Source: Thermoplasmata archaeon (GTDB lineage: Archaea > Thermoplasmatota > Thermoplasmata > Thermoplasmatales > GCA-001856825). From it: DNA of 64,000 bases. The notes beneath the pieces were generated by a model. The model made no database searches. It was not told where the DNA came from and saw only the letters and a program-made list of their open reading frames with translations. Location of the stretch: contig JAJYUZ010000003.1 of the NCBI GenBank assembly GCA_021792255.1, forward strand, positions 32,001 through 96,000. The letters are read 5' to 3'. Positions 48,955-58,515 of the stretch are shown piece by piece. The translations under genes and the position numbers were made by a program. Every line of letters begins with the position of its first letter. The stretch's first letter is position 1.

Positions 48955-49038
48955 ATAGGTAGCTGTTCCAGTTTCACTGACTCCTCCCCCAAACCAGGGC
49001 AGGGGAGCTTCACCACTTTCCCCGAGTCCACAACCTAT
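48955..49038 (-). ncRNA. candidate structured RNA (riboswitch-like or terminator) upstream of the GGR gene
   Basis: Nested pairings ATAGGT/ACCTAT, GACTC/GAGTC and GGGGA/TCCCC; CAG-TGAAA-CTG hairpin; followed by a U-tract. Confidence 0.4.
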
Positions 49039-50741
49039 GCATAGAGCTGTTTGTACTGCGGCAGACCTGGAGGAATGTAAAAGATTATCAGGACCTCCCA
49101 CGGACTGTATCGATTCAGTAACACTATTCCTGAGGCTTGAGTCAGATTGAAGAATTCAATGGAAATATTGATCGGCCTGTTCTGAGGTATCTCCAGGAAC
49201 GTTGCATTTCCATACGTTCCAAAACCGTAGGTTCCATTGATGTAAAAATAGGACGATCCGTTGAACTTGTATACCTCAAATAGGGAAGCTGGGCCGGTAT
49301 TACTAAGGCTCACGTTTACATCCGTCTTGTTGGAGTAGAAGGGGTTTCGGTTGTTGGCCGTGAGGTTGGAGTCTAGTGCGACTACTGTCACGTTCCTGTC
49401 ATAGTTTCTCTCCGTGTCGGATGCCTTTGCGTTAATGGTAAAATTGTACGTTCCTAGAGTCGTGCCGTTGTAGGGCCATACCGTTATGTTGTAACTGCGC
49501 TTTTCCAGAGGCGCCATTGTATGGTTAAACGAAGGAGTCGAGGCTAGACCTTCCGGTACCTTAATCATCACGCTGAGTAAAATTGTATAGTTGTTGAGAT
49601 TGTTCACGGTCAACGACATGCTATCATTATTGAATACCGGATTGCCATATATTGCGAAATAATTTCCCTGCGATAGTTCCACCGTAGCTTGGTTGTGCGT
49701 CAATACCTGCTCGGCAAAGGGGACTGGAGAAAAGCATAGTGCGACCAGACCTATCGCAATGATGCCGACCATGATTTCTTTCTTCCCAGGCTTTGAAATG
49801 TCGTTCAGCGGAGGAGGATGAGTAAGACCTAGAATTATGATGATTATCGCAAAAAGGATCCACGAGACATAGTATATTCCAAGTACAACAAGCAGAATGA
49901 TGAAGGCGTAACTGAAGTACTTTGCATTTTTGCCCAGAAGACCCCTCGCTACGTGTCCTCCATCCAGTTGCCCTATCGGAAATAGGTTGATAGCTGTGAC
50001 AAGGAATCCGACCCACGCAGCAAATGCGACCGGATGGACGTTTTGAGTCTGAATGGCGGGGAAGATGTAGTAGATTACTGGTAGTGAAATGAGGTAGGAA
50101 ACCTGGGAACTGGTGACCACAACTGGTTTCTGAACTGTTCCAAGATAAGCACCTATCACCCCGACGATGATGCTCATGATGAATCCAGCAATTGGACCCG
50201 CGGCGCCTATCTTGATCAGCGTTTTCCTATCAGGAAGCGGGTCTCTGAGAGAAATAAAGGCACCAAGCGTGCCCAGAAGAGTAAAGGGAGCCGGGATAAA
50301 AAAAGGCAGGGATGCGGTGACCCCGCTCCTCCTTGCCATAAAAAAGTGGCCAAATTCGTGCGTACCGAGGATAATGAGGAGTGGAAGTGAAAAGTAGAGG
50401 AAACCGTAGAAATAGAGCATCCAGGAGAATTTAGTAATGTCGAAATACCCCGCGTAGAGGCCTTCCCCCACATAGATCGTTGATATCAGAGTAGCTACCA
50501 AGAGCACTATGTTCACCCAAATTCCAAAGGGACGGGATTTACGTCTCTTTATGACGGAAATGACATAATCAGACCCCGGCTCTTTCCCCTTGCCGATCAC
50601 GGGGATGTAACCCATTTCCTTAAGGTCAGAGACCAGTTTCTTGAAATCGCCTTCGAGATTTGGATCTACCAGCGTGTGGAACTCGTACACTCCATCCTGG
50701 ATTCTAACCTCACTCGTAACTGCAAAGTATCTCTTGACCAC
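49035..50741 (-). CDS. site-2 protease (M50) with C-terminal extracellular extension
   Basis: HEFGH, AGP, NLFPIGQLDGGH; tail of about 225 aa rich in sequons. Confidence 0.9.
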   Translation of the reverse strand: MVKRYFAVTSEVRIQDGVYEFHTLVDPNLEGDFKKLVSDLKEMGYIPVIGKGKEPGSDYVISVIKRRKSRPFGIWVNIVLLVATLISTIYVGEGLYAGYFDITKFSWMLYFYGFLYFSLPLLIILGTHEFGHFFMARRSGVTASLPFFIPAPFTLLGTLGAFISLRDPLPDRKTLIKIGAAGPIAGFIMSIIVGVIGAYLGTVQKPVVVTSSQVSYLISLPVIYYIFPAIQTQNVHPVAFAAWVGFLVTAINLFPIGQLDGGHVARGLLGKNAKYFSYAFIILLVVLGIYYVSWILFAIIIIILGLTHPPPLNDISKPGKKEIMVGIIAIGLVALCFSPVPFAEQVLTHNQATVELSQGNYFAIYGNPVFNNDSMSLTVNNLNNYTILLSVMIKVPEGLASTPSFNHTMAPLEKRSYNITVWPYNGTTLGTYNFTINAKASDTERNYDRNVTVVALDSNLTANNRNPFYSNKTDVNVSLSNTGPASLFEVYKFNGSSYFYINGTYGFGTYGNATFLEIPQNRPINISIEFFNLTQASGIVLLNRYSPWEVLIIFYIPPGLPQYKQLYA

Positions 50742-50760
50742 GGATCTGATAGTTAGAAGA

Positions 50761-53346
50761 TCATCTGTTGTGATTGGAGATCGCCTCTTCCACGTCTTTT
50801 ATAGACAAATTTTCCTTTAAAACTTTCCCCTGCGAATAAGTGTCATTCCCCCCTCCTTTGACAAATCCATTCGCTTCTAGAATGTGCATTACGTCCAGGG
50901 CTGATATTTCTGGAAAAGAAGATGCGATCCTTATCTTGTCCTTCGAGAGCACAATGCCCGATGAGGACGACAAACTCTTAGAGACCGATTCTGCAATGGA
51001 TTCACTCACTTCGATAATTTTAAGCTCTTTGTTCTTGAACTTGACCTTGGAATACTCAAATCCAGATTCAATCGCCTTCTTGGTCTCTTCCATGCTCTGG
51101 GTCAGGGATTCGAGGACCTTAATTGGGTTTTCTCCCATCTTCTCTCTCATCTCATTAAGTTGGTTGCTTTGAGCGTTTGAAAACTCAACGGCAGATTTGC
51201 CAGCAGCAAAGCTGAACCGGATTATTCCGTCCTGGATTCTTTCCACCTTCACTACCTTGATGTACCCGACTTCACCTGTGAAATCGAGGTGTGTTCCTCC
51301 GCACCCCTCTGCATCGATTCCTGGAATTTCGACGAGCCTGAGCTTGTTCCCATTCGGGATTCCTCCCTGGTACAGGGTGAACCCAAAATTCGCCTCTGCG
51401 TCGTTCCTGTTGACGAACTCCTTGTGCAGGGGGAGGTTCAGTCTTATTATCCCGTTGGCTCTCTCTTCGATCTGGAAAATTTCGTCCTGCAAAATGTCCT
51501 TGAAATGGGTAACATCAAGCCGGCTAACTCTCTCATCCTTTTGAGCGCCTGCCTGCCATATGTGTGGTCCTAGCACGTCTCTGATTGAGGAGAGTAGGAT
51601 GTGGGTAGCGGTGTGGTTCTGCATAAGCCTCCACCGCCTGTCCGTAGATACTATTCCGTGAACAGTCTGTCCTATAGAAATGCCATCAGCATCATCTACT
51701 TCGTGAATGATCGTACCATCGACTATCTTCACGGCCTTCACGTCTACCTTCTTCCCGGAGGCAATCAGTACACCTTGATCTGACGGCTGCCCACCCCCTT
51801 CCGGATAAAAGTAGGTGTCTTCCAGGACTACCGAGCTTCCCTCTAACCCTATGACCTTGCTGTTGAATTCGAATATTCTTTCGTTTTCGTAATACGCCTT
51901 CCCAGTTTCTGGGTATTTCTTCTGCAAGATGTGCTCTTTTTCTTTAGGCTCTTTCCGGATGTTGGAAAACCCTTTGTTCTTCTCAAGCTTCTCCGGAAAT
52001 TTAATTTTTAGAGCGTCACACCTCTCCTTGACATATTCGATCGGCAACCCGTTAGATTCAAAGAGGAGAAGGACGTTTTCAGCACTTATCGCTCCACCCT
52101 TCGCATATTTTTTTATCATCCCGTCGCCTTTGCTTAGGAGTTCGTCAAATCGTTCTACTTCCAGCTTGACTATCTCTCTCGCTGAACTTTCGAGCCTGGT
52201 ATCGAGGATGTCCTTGAATCTTTCCTTCTGTCGATCGATCAGATCCCACAATTCCGTTTCTATCCCCAACTTTTTTCTTGAGAGCAGGGCCCGCCTTATC
52301 AGCATCCTTAGTACGTATCCAGCTTTCGAGTTGGATGGTACCAAACCGTCGAAGAGAAGAATGGTGATAGCGCGGGTGTGGTCTGCGAGGATGTACGTGT
52401 TCGACAGCTTATCTAGACTCTTTCGCTCGTTAGCATCGAGCGATCTCATAAATTCAACTTCGGAGCCATCTTCCATTGAATATGCATTTATGAACTCCCG
52501 GAGGAAATCCGGTCTGCCGAGCTTGATCTCGTGCAACAGGTCGGTCAACATCTTGGGATAGAGGGCTTCGTAAACGGTGTCTGTCCCCTGTGACAACCAC
52601 GTGAGCCTTTCTATGCCATATCCAGTATCCACGATCCTGTTGTCCATTTTCCTGTATCTTATTCCATCTATCTCGATGTCTCCTTCGGGGGTCTCGACCA
52701 TGTCCATAAAGACCAGAGTTGCTACCTCAAGCCCCCTCAACATGACCTCGAGGGAGGAGCCAGCATTCCCTCCTCCCGCCCAAGGTTTTTCCTTGAAGAC
52801 TATCTCTTCCTTCTTTACTCCCAAGTGTTGAAGAAATTTCACAGAAAGTTCGACCGTCTTGTCCTTCCAGTAGATCTCCTTTCCGGGAAAGTTAAAGGAC
52901 TTTGCACCTCCCATCTCAAATACGGATAGGTGCCGACCGGTCTTACCCACATTATCCAGATCGACGGTCCTTATGCAAGGCTGCGAGACTACTAGAGGAT
53001 TTCCCGGCGGGGGGACCTTCCCAGAAGTCACGTGAGGCTGGAAGTCGTAGATACTAGCGTTCACTAGGTAGACGTCCTCCCTCCATCTAGCGACTATTGG
53101 GTACCTCTTTATCCTCTTGTGACCCTGCTTCTCGAAGAATGAGAGAAACTCTTCCCTCATTTCCTCTAGTGAATACTTCTTTGAGGTCGGAGGATTGCCG
53201 ATGAACGAATAAGGATCGCAGGGAATCTCACCGCACGTCTCCCTCTTTTTATCTAGAGTCCAGAAAACCTTTCCACAACGAATGCAAGTTTTCCTCTGAT
53301 AATCGTTATCCTTTAAGTATTTGATAACCTCTTCTCGAGCTGGCAC
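50761..53346 (-). CDS. alaS: alanyl-tRNA synthetase (archaeal type)
   Basis: ARWREDVYL..ASI.DFQP, DTGYG.ER, ADH.R and editing motifs HTATH/CGGTH. Confidence 0.97.
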   Translation of the reverse strand: MPAREEVIKYLKDNDYQRKTCIRCGKVFWTLDKKRETCGEIPCDPYSFIGNPPTSKKYSLEEMREEFLSFFEKQGHKRIKRYPIVARWREDVYLVNASIYDFQPHVTSGKVPPPGNPLVVSQPCIRTVDLDNVGKTGRHLSVFEMGGAKSFNFPGKEIYWKDKTVELSVKFLQHLGVKKEEIVFKEKPWAGGGNAGSSLEVMLRGLEVATLVFMDMVETPEGDIEIDGIRYRKMDNRIVDTGYGIERLTWLSQGTDTVYEALYPKMLTDLLHEIKLGRPDFLREFINAYSMEDGSEVEFMRSLDANERKSLDKLSNTYILADHTRAITILLFDGLVPSNSKAGYVLRMLIRRALLSRKKLGIETELWDLIDRQKERFKDILDTRLESSAREIVKLEVERFDELLSKGDGMIKKYAKGGAISAENVLLLFESNGLPIEYVKERCDALKIKFPEKLEKNKGFSNIRKEPKEKEHILQKKYPETGKAYYENERIFEFNSKVIGLEGSSVVLEDTYFYPEGGGQPSDQGVLIASGKKVDVKAVKIVDGTIIHEVDDADGISIGQTVHGIVSTDRRWRLMQNHTATHILLSSIRDVLGPHIWQAGAQKDERVSRLDVTHFKDILQDEIFQIEERANGIIRLNLPLHKEFVNRNDAEANFGFTLYQGGIPNGNKLRLVEIPGIDAEGCGGTHLDFTGEVGYIKVVKVERIQDGIIRFSFAAGKSAVEFSNAQSNQLNEMREKMGENPIKVLESLTQSMEETKKAIESGFEYSKVKFKNKELKIIEVSESIAESVSKSLSSSSGIVLSKDKIRIASSFPEISALDVMHILEANGFVKGGGNDTYSQGKVLKENLSIKDVEEAISNHNR

Positions 53347-53392
53347 AAGAGTGGAGGATAATCTATTTTAAATTCTTTATTCTGCTCTATTT

Positions 53393-54115
53393 GTGCTAAT
53401 CACTCTTTACAACGACAGGGAACTTTACTCCTTCTCAAACAAGGCGGGCCTAATTTATGTTAGGGAGTTAGGAAACATAGAGACCGGTAAGTTCTCCGTA
53501 TCGTCGGAGGAACTGGAGATAGGGTCGAGAAAGTTCAGGACTAGGAAATCCTCTCTTGGCGACGTTTCGTCGTCCATAGAGAGAGGGCCTCAGATAGTTC
53601 TACCCAAAGATGTGAACCAGATCGGATTTGATCTGGACTTGCCGCTCAGTTCGAAATTACTCGAGATCGGAGGAGGTGCGGGAGGCTTTTCCATACTCGC
53701 AGCCCTCATGTACAAAGTGAAGATAGTGAGTTATGAACTCGATGAACAGTACTACACACTCCTGAAGAAAAACATCAACAGGTTTGAGGTAGGCGATTTG
53801 ATAGAGGCAAAGAATAGAGATGGCAGGGAGGCAGATTTCGATGAGTATGAAAGCATATTCATAGACAACCCCGAACCTTGGAATTTTTTGGACATCAAGC
53901 TTACTGGGGCAAAGAGAATCGCATCCATTCTGCCTACCTATTCGCAGGCAGAGAATTTTTCGCGTTTCCTCATAAAAAAGAATTTTTTAGTAAGTGTTCA
54001 TCAACTCATCGACGTCCCTATCAAGCTTAGCGCGATGGGAATGAGACCCGAAACATCGTTTCTGTATCACACCGGATTCATCGTTTCGGGGGTAGGTGTT
54101 GGATTGAATGGATGA
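53393..54115 (+). CDS. trmI: tRNA (adenine-57/58-N1)-methyltransferase-like
   Basis: R.PQI..PKD, EIG.GAG, D.PEPW, RP...HTG. Confidence 0.75.
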   Translation: MLITLYNDRELYSFSNKAGLIYVRELGNIETGKFSVSSEELEIGSRKFRTRKSSLGDVSSSIERGPQIVLPKDVNQIGFDLDLPLSSKLLEIGGGAGGFSILAALMYKVKIVSYELDEQYYTLLKKNINRFEVGDLIEAKNRDGREADFDEYESIFIDNPEPWNFLDIKLTGAKRIASILPTYSQAENFSRFLIKKNFLVSVHQLIDVPIKLSAMGMRPETSFLYHTGFIVSGVGVGLNG

Positions 54116-55046
54116 GGTTAAGAAGAAGGCATTAGAGAAACAGGGGTACAAGATAGTCGGAAACCATTCCGGTGTCAAACTATGCCACTGGATGAGGCAG
54201 TCCCTGTACTACAACAGGCCATGCTACAAGCAGACTTTCTACGGAATAGAGAGCCACAAGTGCGTGCAGATGACCCCATCTGTTGACTGGTGCTCCGAAA
54301 ACTGCACTTTTTGCTGGAGGGCTCAGGGATGGGAAGGGGCAAGAATTCCTCAGGAAGATGAAGCGGAGGATATCTTGGAAGGATCGATACAAGCTCAGAG
54401 ACTATTGCTCACAGGTTTCAAGGGGGATTCGAGGACCGACATGAAGAAGTGGCTCGACGCTCAGCAACCGAAGCACATGGCAATCTCTCTTACCGGAGAA
54501 CCGACGCTTTACGGTAAACTTGACGACCTGTTGAGCGAGGCAAAGAAGAGGGGAATTTCGACCTTCGTTGTGACGAATGGAACTGATCCGACTGCACTGG
54601 AAAAATTGAAGGTCCTCCCCACTCAACTCTACGTCACTGTCGCTGCTCCAAACAAGAAGTTGTTCAATGAGATCCTGAACCCGATCTACAAGGATGGCTG
54701 GGAAAGGCTAAACCAAACTCTGGAACTTCTGCCCTCTCTGAAGACCAGGACCGTGATAAGGCACACTCTCGTCAAGTCGTTCAACCTGGGATACATCGAA
54801 GAGTATTACAGACTTGACAAGAAAGCAGATCCTGATTTCATAGAGAATAAAGGATACGTTCACGTAGGAGGCTCAAGGAGCAGACTCACCATCAACAACA
54901 TGCCTTCCCACGAAGAGATAAGGGACTTCTCCTTTAGACTGAATGGTTACCTGAACTACGATTTTGGTGGGGAGAGGCAAGACTCGAGGATAGTTCTCCT
55001 GAGCAAAGACGTGAAGAAGAACATGATAGATTTCTCTGCAGTCTGA
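54108..55046 (+). CDS. taw1: 4-demethylwyosine synthase (radical SAM)
   Basis: HS.VK.CHW, CYK..FYGI.SH.C.QMTP, CSENCTFC, AISLTGEPT. Confidence 0.95.
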   Translation: MDEVKKKALEKQGYKIVGNHSGVKLCHWMRQSLYYNRPCYKQTFYGIESHKCVQMTPSVDWCSENCTFCWRAQGWEGARIPQEDEAEDILEGSIQAQRLLLTGFKGDSRTDMKKWLDAQQPKHMAISLTGEPTLYGKLDDLLSEAKKRGISTFVVTNGTDPTALEKLKVLPTQLYVTVAAPNKKLFNEILNPIYKDGWERLNQTLELLPSLKTRTVIRHTLVKSFNLGYIEEYYRLDKKADPDFIENKGYVHVGGSRSRLTINNMPSHEEIRDFSFRLNGYLNYDFGGERQDSRIVLLSKDVKKNMIDFSAV

Positions 55047-55160
55047 ATCCGAATTTGGTTGTGCAAAAATTTTATGTGGTATACTAAATAGTCTCAACTA
55101 CGCTAAAGATTTATATCGTTTCAATCATTGAACCGACAACTAAGCGCACTGATGAGGTAT

Positions 55161-56876
55161 ATGAGTTCTGAGTATGTTAAACACGAAACGGATGTTCTCA
55201 TAATAGGGGCAGGAGGGGCAGGCATGAGAGCCGCAATCGCTGCGTTCGATTCTGGATCGAGCGTGACTATTCTCTCCAAGTCTCTACTGGGAAAAGCTCA
55301 CACCGTAATGGCTGAGGGAGGAATTGCAGCAGCACTCGCAAACGTGGATTCGAAAGACAATTGGGAGGTCCATTTTGCTGATACCATTGAGGAGGGAGTC
55401 TACATCTCAAATTATAGAATGGCCGAGATACTTGCAAAAGAGGCACCGGATAGGGTCAGAGAGCTGGAGGAATATGGTGCTCTCTTTGACAGGACTCCCG
55501 ATGGCACCATAATGCAGAGAGCTTTCGGTGCACACACCTATAGGAGACTGTGTCACGTCGGTGACAGGACCGGCCTCGAGATCATCAAGACGCTCGAAGA
55601 TCAGATCCTCCACAGGGACGTGAAGTTCTTCGACGAGATGTACGTCACCAAACTCCTGAAGGATGGAGATAGGGTAGTCGGAGCCATCGGTCTCAAACTC
55701 AATAACGGAGAATTTCACGTCTTCAATGCAAAGGCAGTGATTATCGCAACGGGAGGATGCGGGAGAGTGTACAAGGTCACCTCCAACTCCTGGGAATCCA
55801 CCGGAGATGGTCTTGGACTGGCATACGACGCCGGAACAGAACTCATGGACATGGAGATGATCCAGTTCCACCCTACCGGCATGGTTTTCCCACCCGGAGT
55901 CAAGGGACTACTGGTGACGGAAGGAGTCAGAGGAGAAGGGGGAATCCTGCTCAACGCAAAGGGAGAGAGGTTTATGGAACGTTACTCTCCGAAGAAAATG
56001 GAGCTGGATGCGAGAGACGTGGTTGCAAGGGCAAATTATGCAGAGATAATGGCGGGAAGAGGTACGGTTCATGGGGGCGTCTACCTTGACATCACTCACA
56101 AGGGAGCTGACTTCGTAAAGAAAAAGTTACCGAGCATGTACAAGCAGTACATGGATTTCGCAGGCGTCGACATTACTAAGGAAAAAATGGAAGTTGCACC
56201 GACGGTGCACTACCAAATGGGAGGAATACGCGTGGATCCGGAGACGACCTCGACAAATGTCCCGGGACTCTTTTCTTCTGGAGAAGTCGCGAGCGGACTT
56301 CACGGAGCTAACAGGCTCGGTGGAAATTCTCTGGCAGACATCCTGGTGTTCGGAAGGAGGAGCGGTGAAGGATCTTCAAGTTATGCCAAGAAAGCATCTT
56401 TCGGAAAACTGGACGAACCAACGATTATGTCGGAAATCCAGAGGGTCAAATCTTTCCTCGGGAAGAGTGGAACTAACCCCTACGACGTTGCATCGAAGCT
56501 GGAGGAAAACATGAGCGAAGGCGTCGGCATAATTCGCAACGAGGAGAGTCTCAAGAAGGTACTGGACGCGATTCTGGAACTGAGGCAGTCGGCAAAGCAG
56601 GTGAAGGTTCCGGGGACCCTAAAGTACAACAAGGGACTGTTGCAGGCACTCGAACTTCCGTTCATGCTGACCGCAGCCGAAGCAATCGTAAGAGGAGCTA
56701 TCGAAAGGAAAGAGAGCAGGGGAGCGCACGCAAGGAGCGACTATCCAAAGAAGAACCCCGCATTGAGAAAGAACATAATCTATTCAAAGGGCGAGAGTGG
56801 CATGAAAGTAGTGTGGAGAGATGTTCCGGTAATGCCAGAGAATTTGAGGAAACTGGTAAAGGAGGAGGATTACTGA
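55161..56876 (+). CDS. sdhA: succinate dehydrogenase/fumarate reductase flavoprotein, Sdh1 (type F)-like
   Basis: KSLLGKAHTVMAEGG (covalent FAD His), QFHPTG, TEGVRGEG, HYQMGG, HGANRLGGNSL; GAGGT SD. Confidence 0.92.
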   Translation: MSSEYVKHETDVLIIGAGGAGMRAAIAAFDSGSSVTILSKSLLGKAHTVMAEGGIAAALANVDSKDNWEVHFADTIEEGVYISNYRMAEILAKEAPDRVRELEEYGALFDRTPDGTIMQRAFGAHTYRRLCHVGDRTGLEIIKTLEDQILHRDVKFFDEMYVTKLLKDGDRVVGAIGLKLNNGEFHVFNAKAVIIATGGCGRVYKVTSNSWESTGDGLGLAYDAGTELMDMEMIQFHPTGMVFPPGVKGLLVTEGVRGEGGILLNAKGERFMERYSPKKMELDARDVVARANYAEIMAGRGTVHGGVYLDITHKGADFVKKKLPSMYKQYMDFAGVDITKEKMEVAPTVHYQMGGIRVDPETTSTNVPGLFSSGEVASGLHGANRLGGNSLADILVFGRRSGEGSSSYAKKASFGKLDEPTIMSEIQRVKSFLGKSGTNPYDVASKLEENMSEGVGIIRNEESLKKVLDAILELRQSAKQVKVPGTLKYNKGLLQALELPFMLTAAEAIVRGAIERKESRGAHARSDYPKKNPALRKNIIYSKGESGMKVVWRDVPVMPENLRKLVKEEDY

Positions 56877-57625
56877 TGGATACAATCACGGTGAGTGTGT
56901 ACAGGCACGATCCCTCTTCAGAAAAGGAGGGGAGATTTGTGGATTACGACGTCCCAGTCGAAGAAGGAATGGTCGTCCTGGATGCGATGAAGTACATCGA
57001 AAGGCACATAGATCCCAGCCTTTCACTGAGGTGGAATTGCATGGCAGGAAAGTGTGGTTCGTGTTCTGCAGAGATCAATTACAAACCTTCCCTAATGTGC
57101 AAGGCCAGGGTTGATTCATTCAAGGGTGCAAAGATCAGGGTCACCCCCATGGCAGCTTTCCCACTGATAAAAGATCTAGCGACTGACGTCTCCGAAAATT
57201 GGGAACTCCTGAAGAAGATCCCAAAATTCACCCCGAAAGAAGGGTTAGAGAAACCGTGGAAGATATCTCAACAGGACATAGAGAGGTCTAAGGAATTCAA
57301 GAAGTGCATCGAGTGTTTTCTGTGCCAGGACGTGTGTCACGTTATTAGAGAGCACCATTCCGGTTACTTTGGGCCACGACACGTGGTCAAGGCCGCTTCA
57401 TTGGACATGCACCCGCTCGATGCTCTCAACAGAGCTGAGTTCATGAACAAGGACGCCGGACTCGGCTACTGTAACATCACCAAGTGCTGTACAGAAGTCT
57501 GTCCGGAGGAGATTCACATAACAGATAATGCAATAATTCCCGAGAAGGAGAGAGCGGTCAACTTATTCTACGATCCTCTTGCGATTCTCGTGAGATCGAG
57601 GAGAAACAGGAGTGGGAAGAAATGA
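56876..57625 (+). CDS. sdhB: SDH/FRD iron-sulfur subunit, Sdh1-like
   Basis: RWNCMAGKCGSC, CIECFLCQDVCHV, CNITKCCTEVCPE, ITDNAIIP.KER. Confidence 0.92.
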   Translation: MDTITVSVYRHDPSSEKEGRFVDYDVPVEEGMVVLDAMKYIERHIDPSLSLRWNCMAGKCGSCSAEINYKPSLMCKARVDSFKGAKIRVTPMAAFPLIKDLATDVSENWELLKKIPKFTPKEGLEKPWKISQQDIERSKEFKKCIECFLCQDVCHVIREHHSGYFGPRHVVKAASLDMHPLDALNRAEFMNKDAGLGYCNITKCCTEVCPEEIHITDNAIIPEKERAVNLFYDPLAILVRSRRNRSGKK

Positions 57626-58341
57626 GGGCCGCAAGCGAATCTACTCTCAAGCACATAATACCGCCAGAATTTCTTGAACCAAACTGGAGGTTCTGGTCAT
57701 TCGTTTTCATTTCAATCCTCGGTTCGATACTGATTGTGCTGTACAAAGTCCCCGTATACGATGGACTGACTGATCCATTCTACACTCCCACTGTCTTGAT
57801 CCTCCCACTGGTGGTACTGTTCAGATTGACTTGCTATGCTTACAGGAAGGACTATCACAGGCACCTATTCCACCATCCGAACAGCTGCACTACCGATGTT
57901 CGTTTGGACACAAACAAGAGAGGATACAGCGGAGAAACTGGATTCTTTAGAATTGAGAATGCACACAGATACTTCATGTACACGGCGTGGTTCATTCTGC
58001 CGTTCTTCTATTACGATATCTATTACTCAATCGTTTACACCGGCGCAATCACCTTGAGTCTGGGAACGATAATCCTTACGGTAAATGCACTTGCTGTGAC
58101 TGCGTATACTTTCTCGTGCCACTCGGTCAGGCATTTGATCGGTGGATACAAAGACTGCGTGAACTGTCCTGCGAACAATAACAAGAAGAATTCTCTTTAC
58201 CGGTTCCAATCAAAGCTCAACGGACATCACGAACAGATAGCCTGGACAAGTCTGATTATGTTTGTGTTTGTGGATCTATTCATTAGAGGGATGATAGCTG
58301 GAATCGTTCCGAACATCATTCTCCTTCACGGAGGGCTGTAA
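57622..58341 (+). CDS. type F SDH membrane anchor (Rv0249c/Sdh1C-like)
   Basis: PFY.P, FRLTCY.YRK.Y.R, Y.GET, N.HRYF, YT.SCHS.RH, LN..H..AW.SL; about 5 TM segments. Confidence 0.82.
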   Translation: MRAASESTLKHIIPPEFLEPNWRFWSFVFISILGSILIVLYKVPVYDGLTDPFYTPTVLILPLVVLFRLTCYAYRKDYHRHLFHHPNSCTTDVRLDTNKRGYSGETGFFRIENAHRYFMYTAWFILPFFYYDIYYSIVYTGAITLSLGTIILTVNALAVTAYTFSCHSVRHLIGGYKDCVNCPANNNKKNSLYRFQSKLNGHHEQIAWTSLIMFVFVDLFIRGMIAGIVPNIILLHGGL

Positions 58342-58344
58342 CCG

Positions 58345-58515
58345 ATGATGAAAATTCTGCCGACTCGTTACAAATATCCTCTCTTCTTTCTAGGGATCCT
58401 TATGATGGAAATCGCAGGAGTACTCTTCAAAGTGACAGACGTAGGAAGAGTTGGAATCGAAAGCATCGTCGTAGTAGGGTTCATAGTGTTCGCTTTTTCG
58501 ATCATTGCCACCTGA
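58345..58515 (+). CDS. 56-aa two-TM membrane microprotein (absent from ORF track)
   Basis: MMKILPTRYKYPLFFLGILMMEIAGVLFKVTDVGRVGIESIVVVGFIVFAFSIIAT; 3 nt after the anchor stop, with GGAGG upstream. Confidence 0.65.
   Translation: MMKILPTRYKYPLFFLGILMMEIAGVLFKVTDVGRVGIESIVVVGFIVFAFSIIAT

Noticed and set aside
48925-49101. 59-aa N-terminal extension of the GGR ORF in the track
   Set aside because: It overlaps the site-2 protease end, and the family begins at MADYDVIVAG. The stretch is better explained as non-coding structure.
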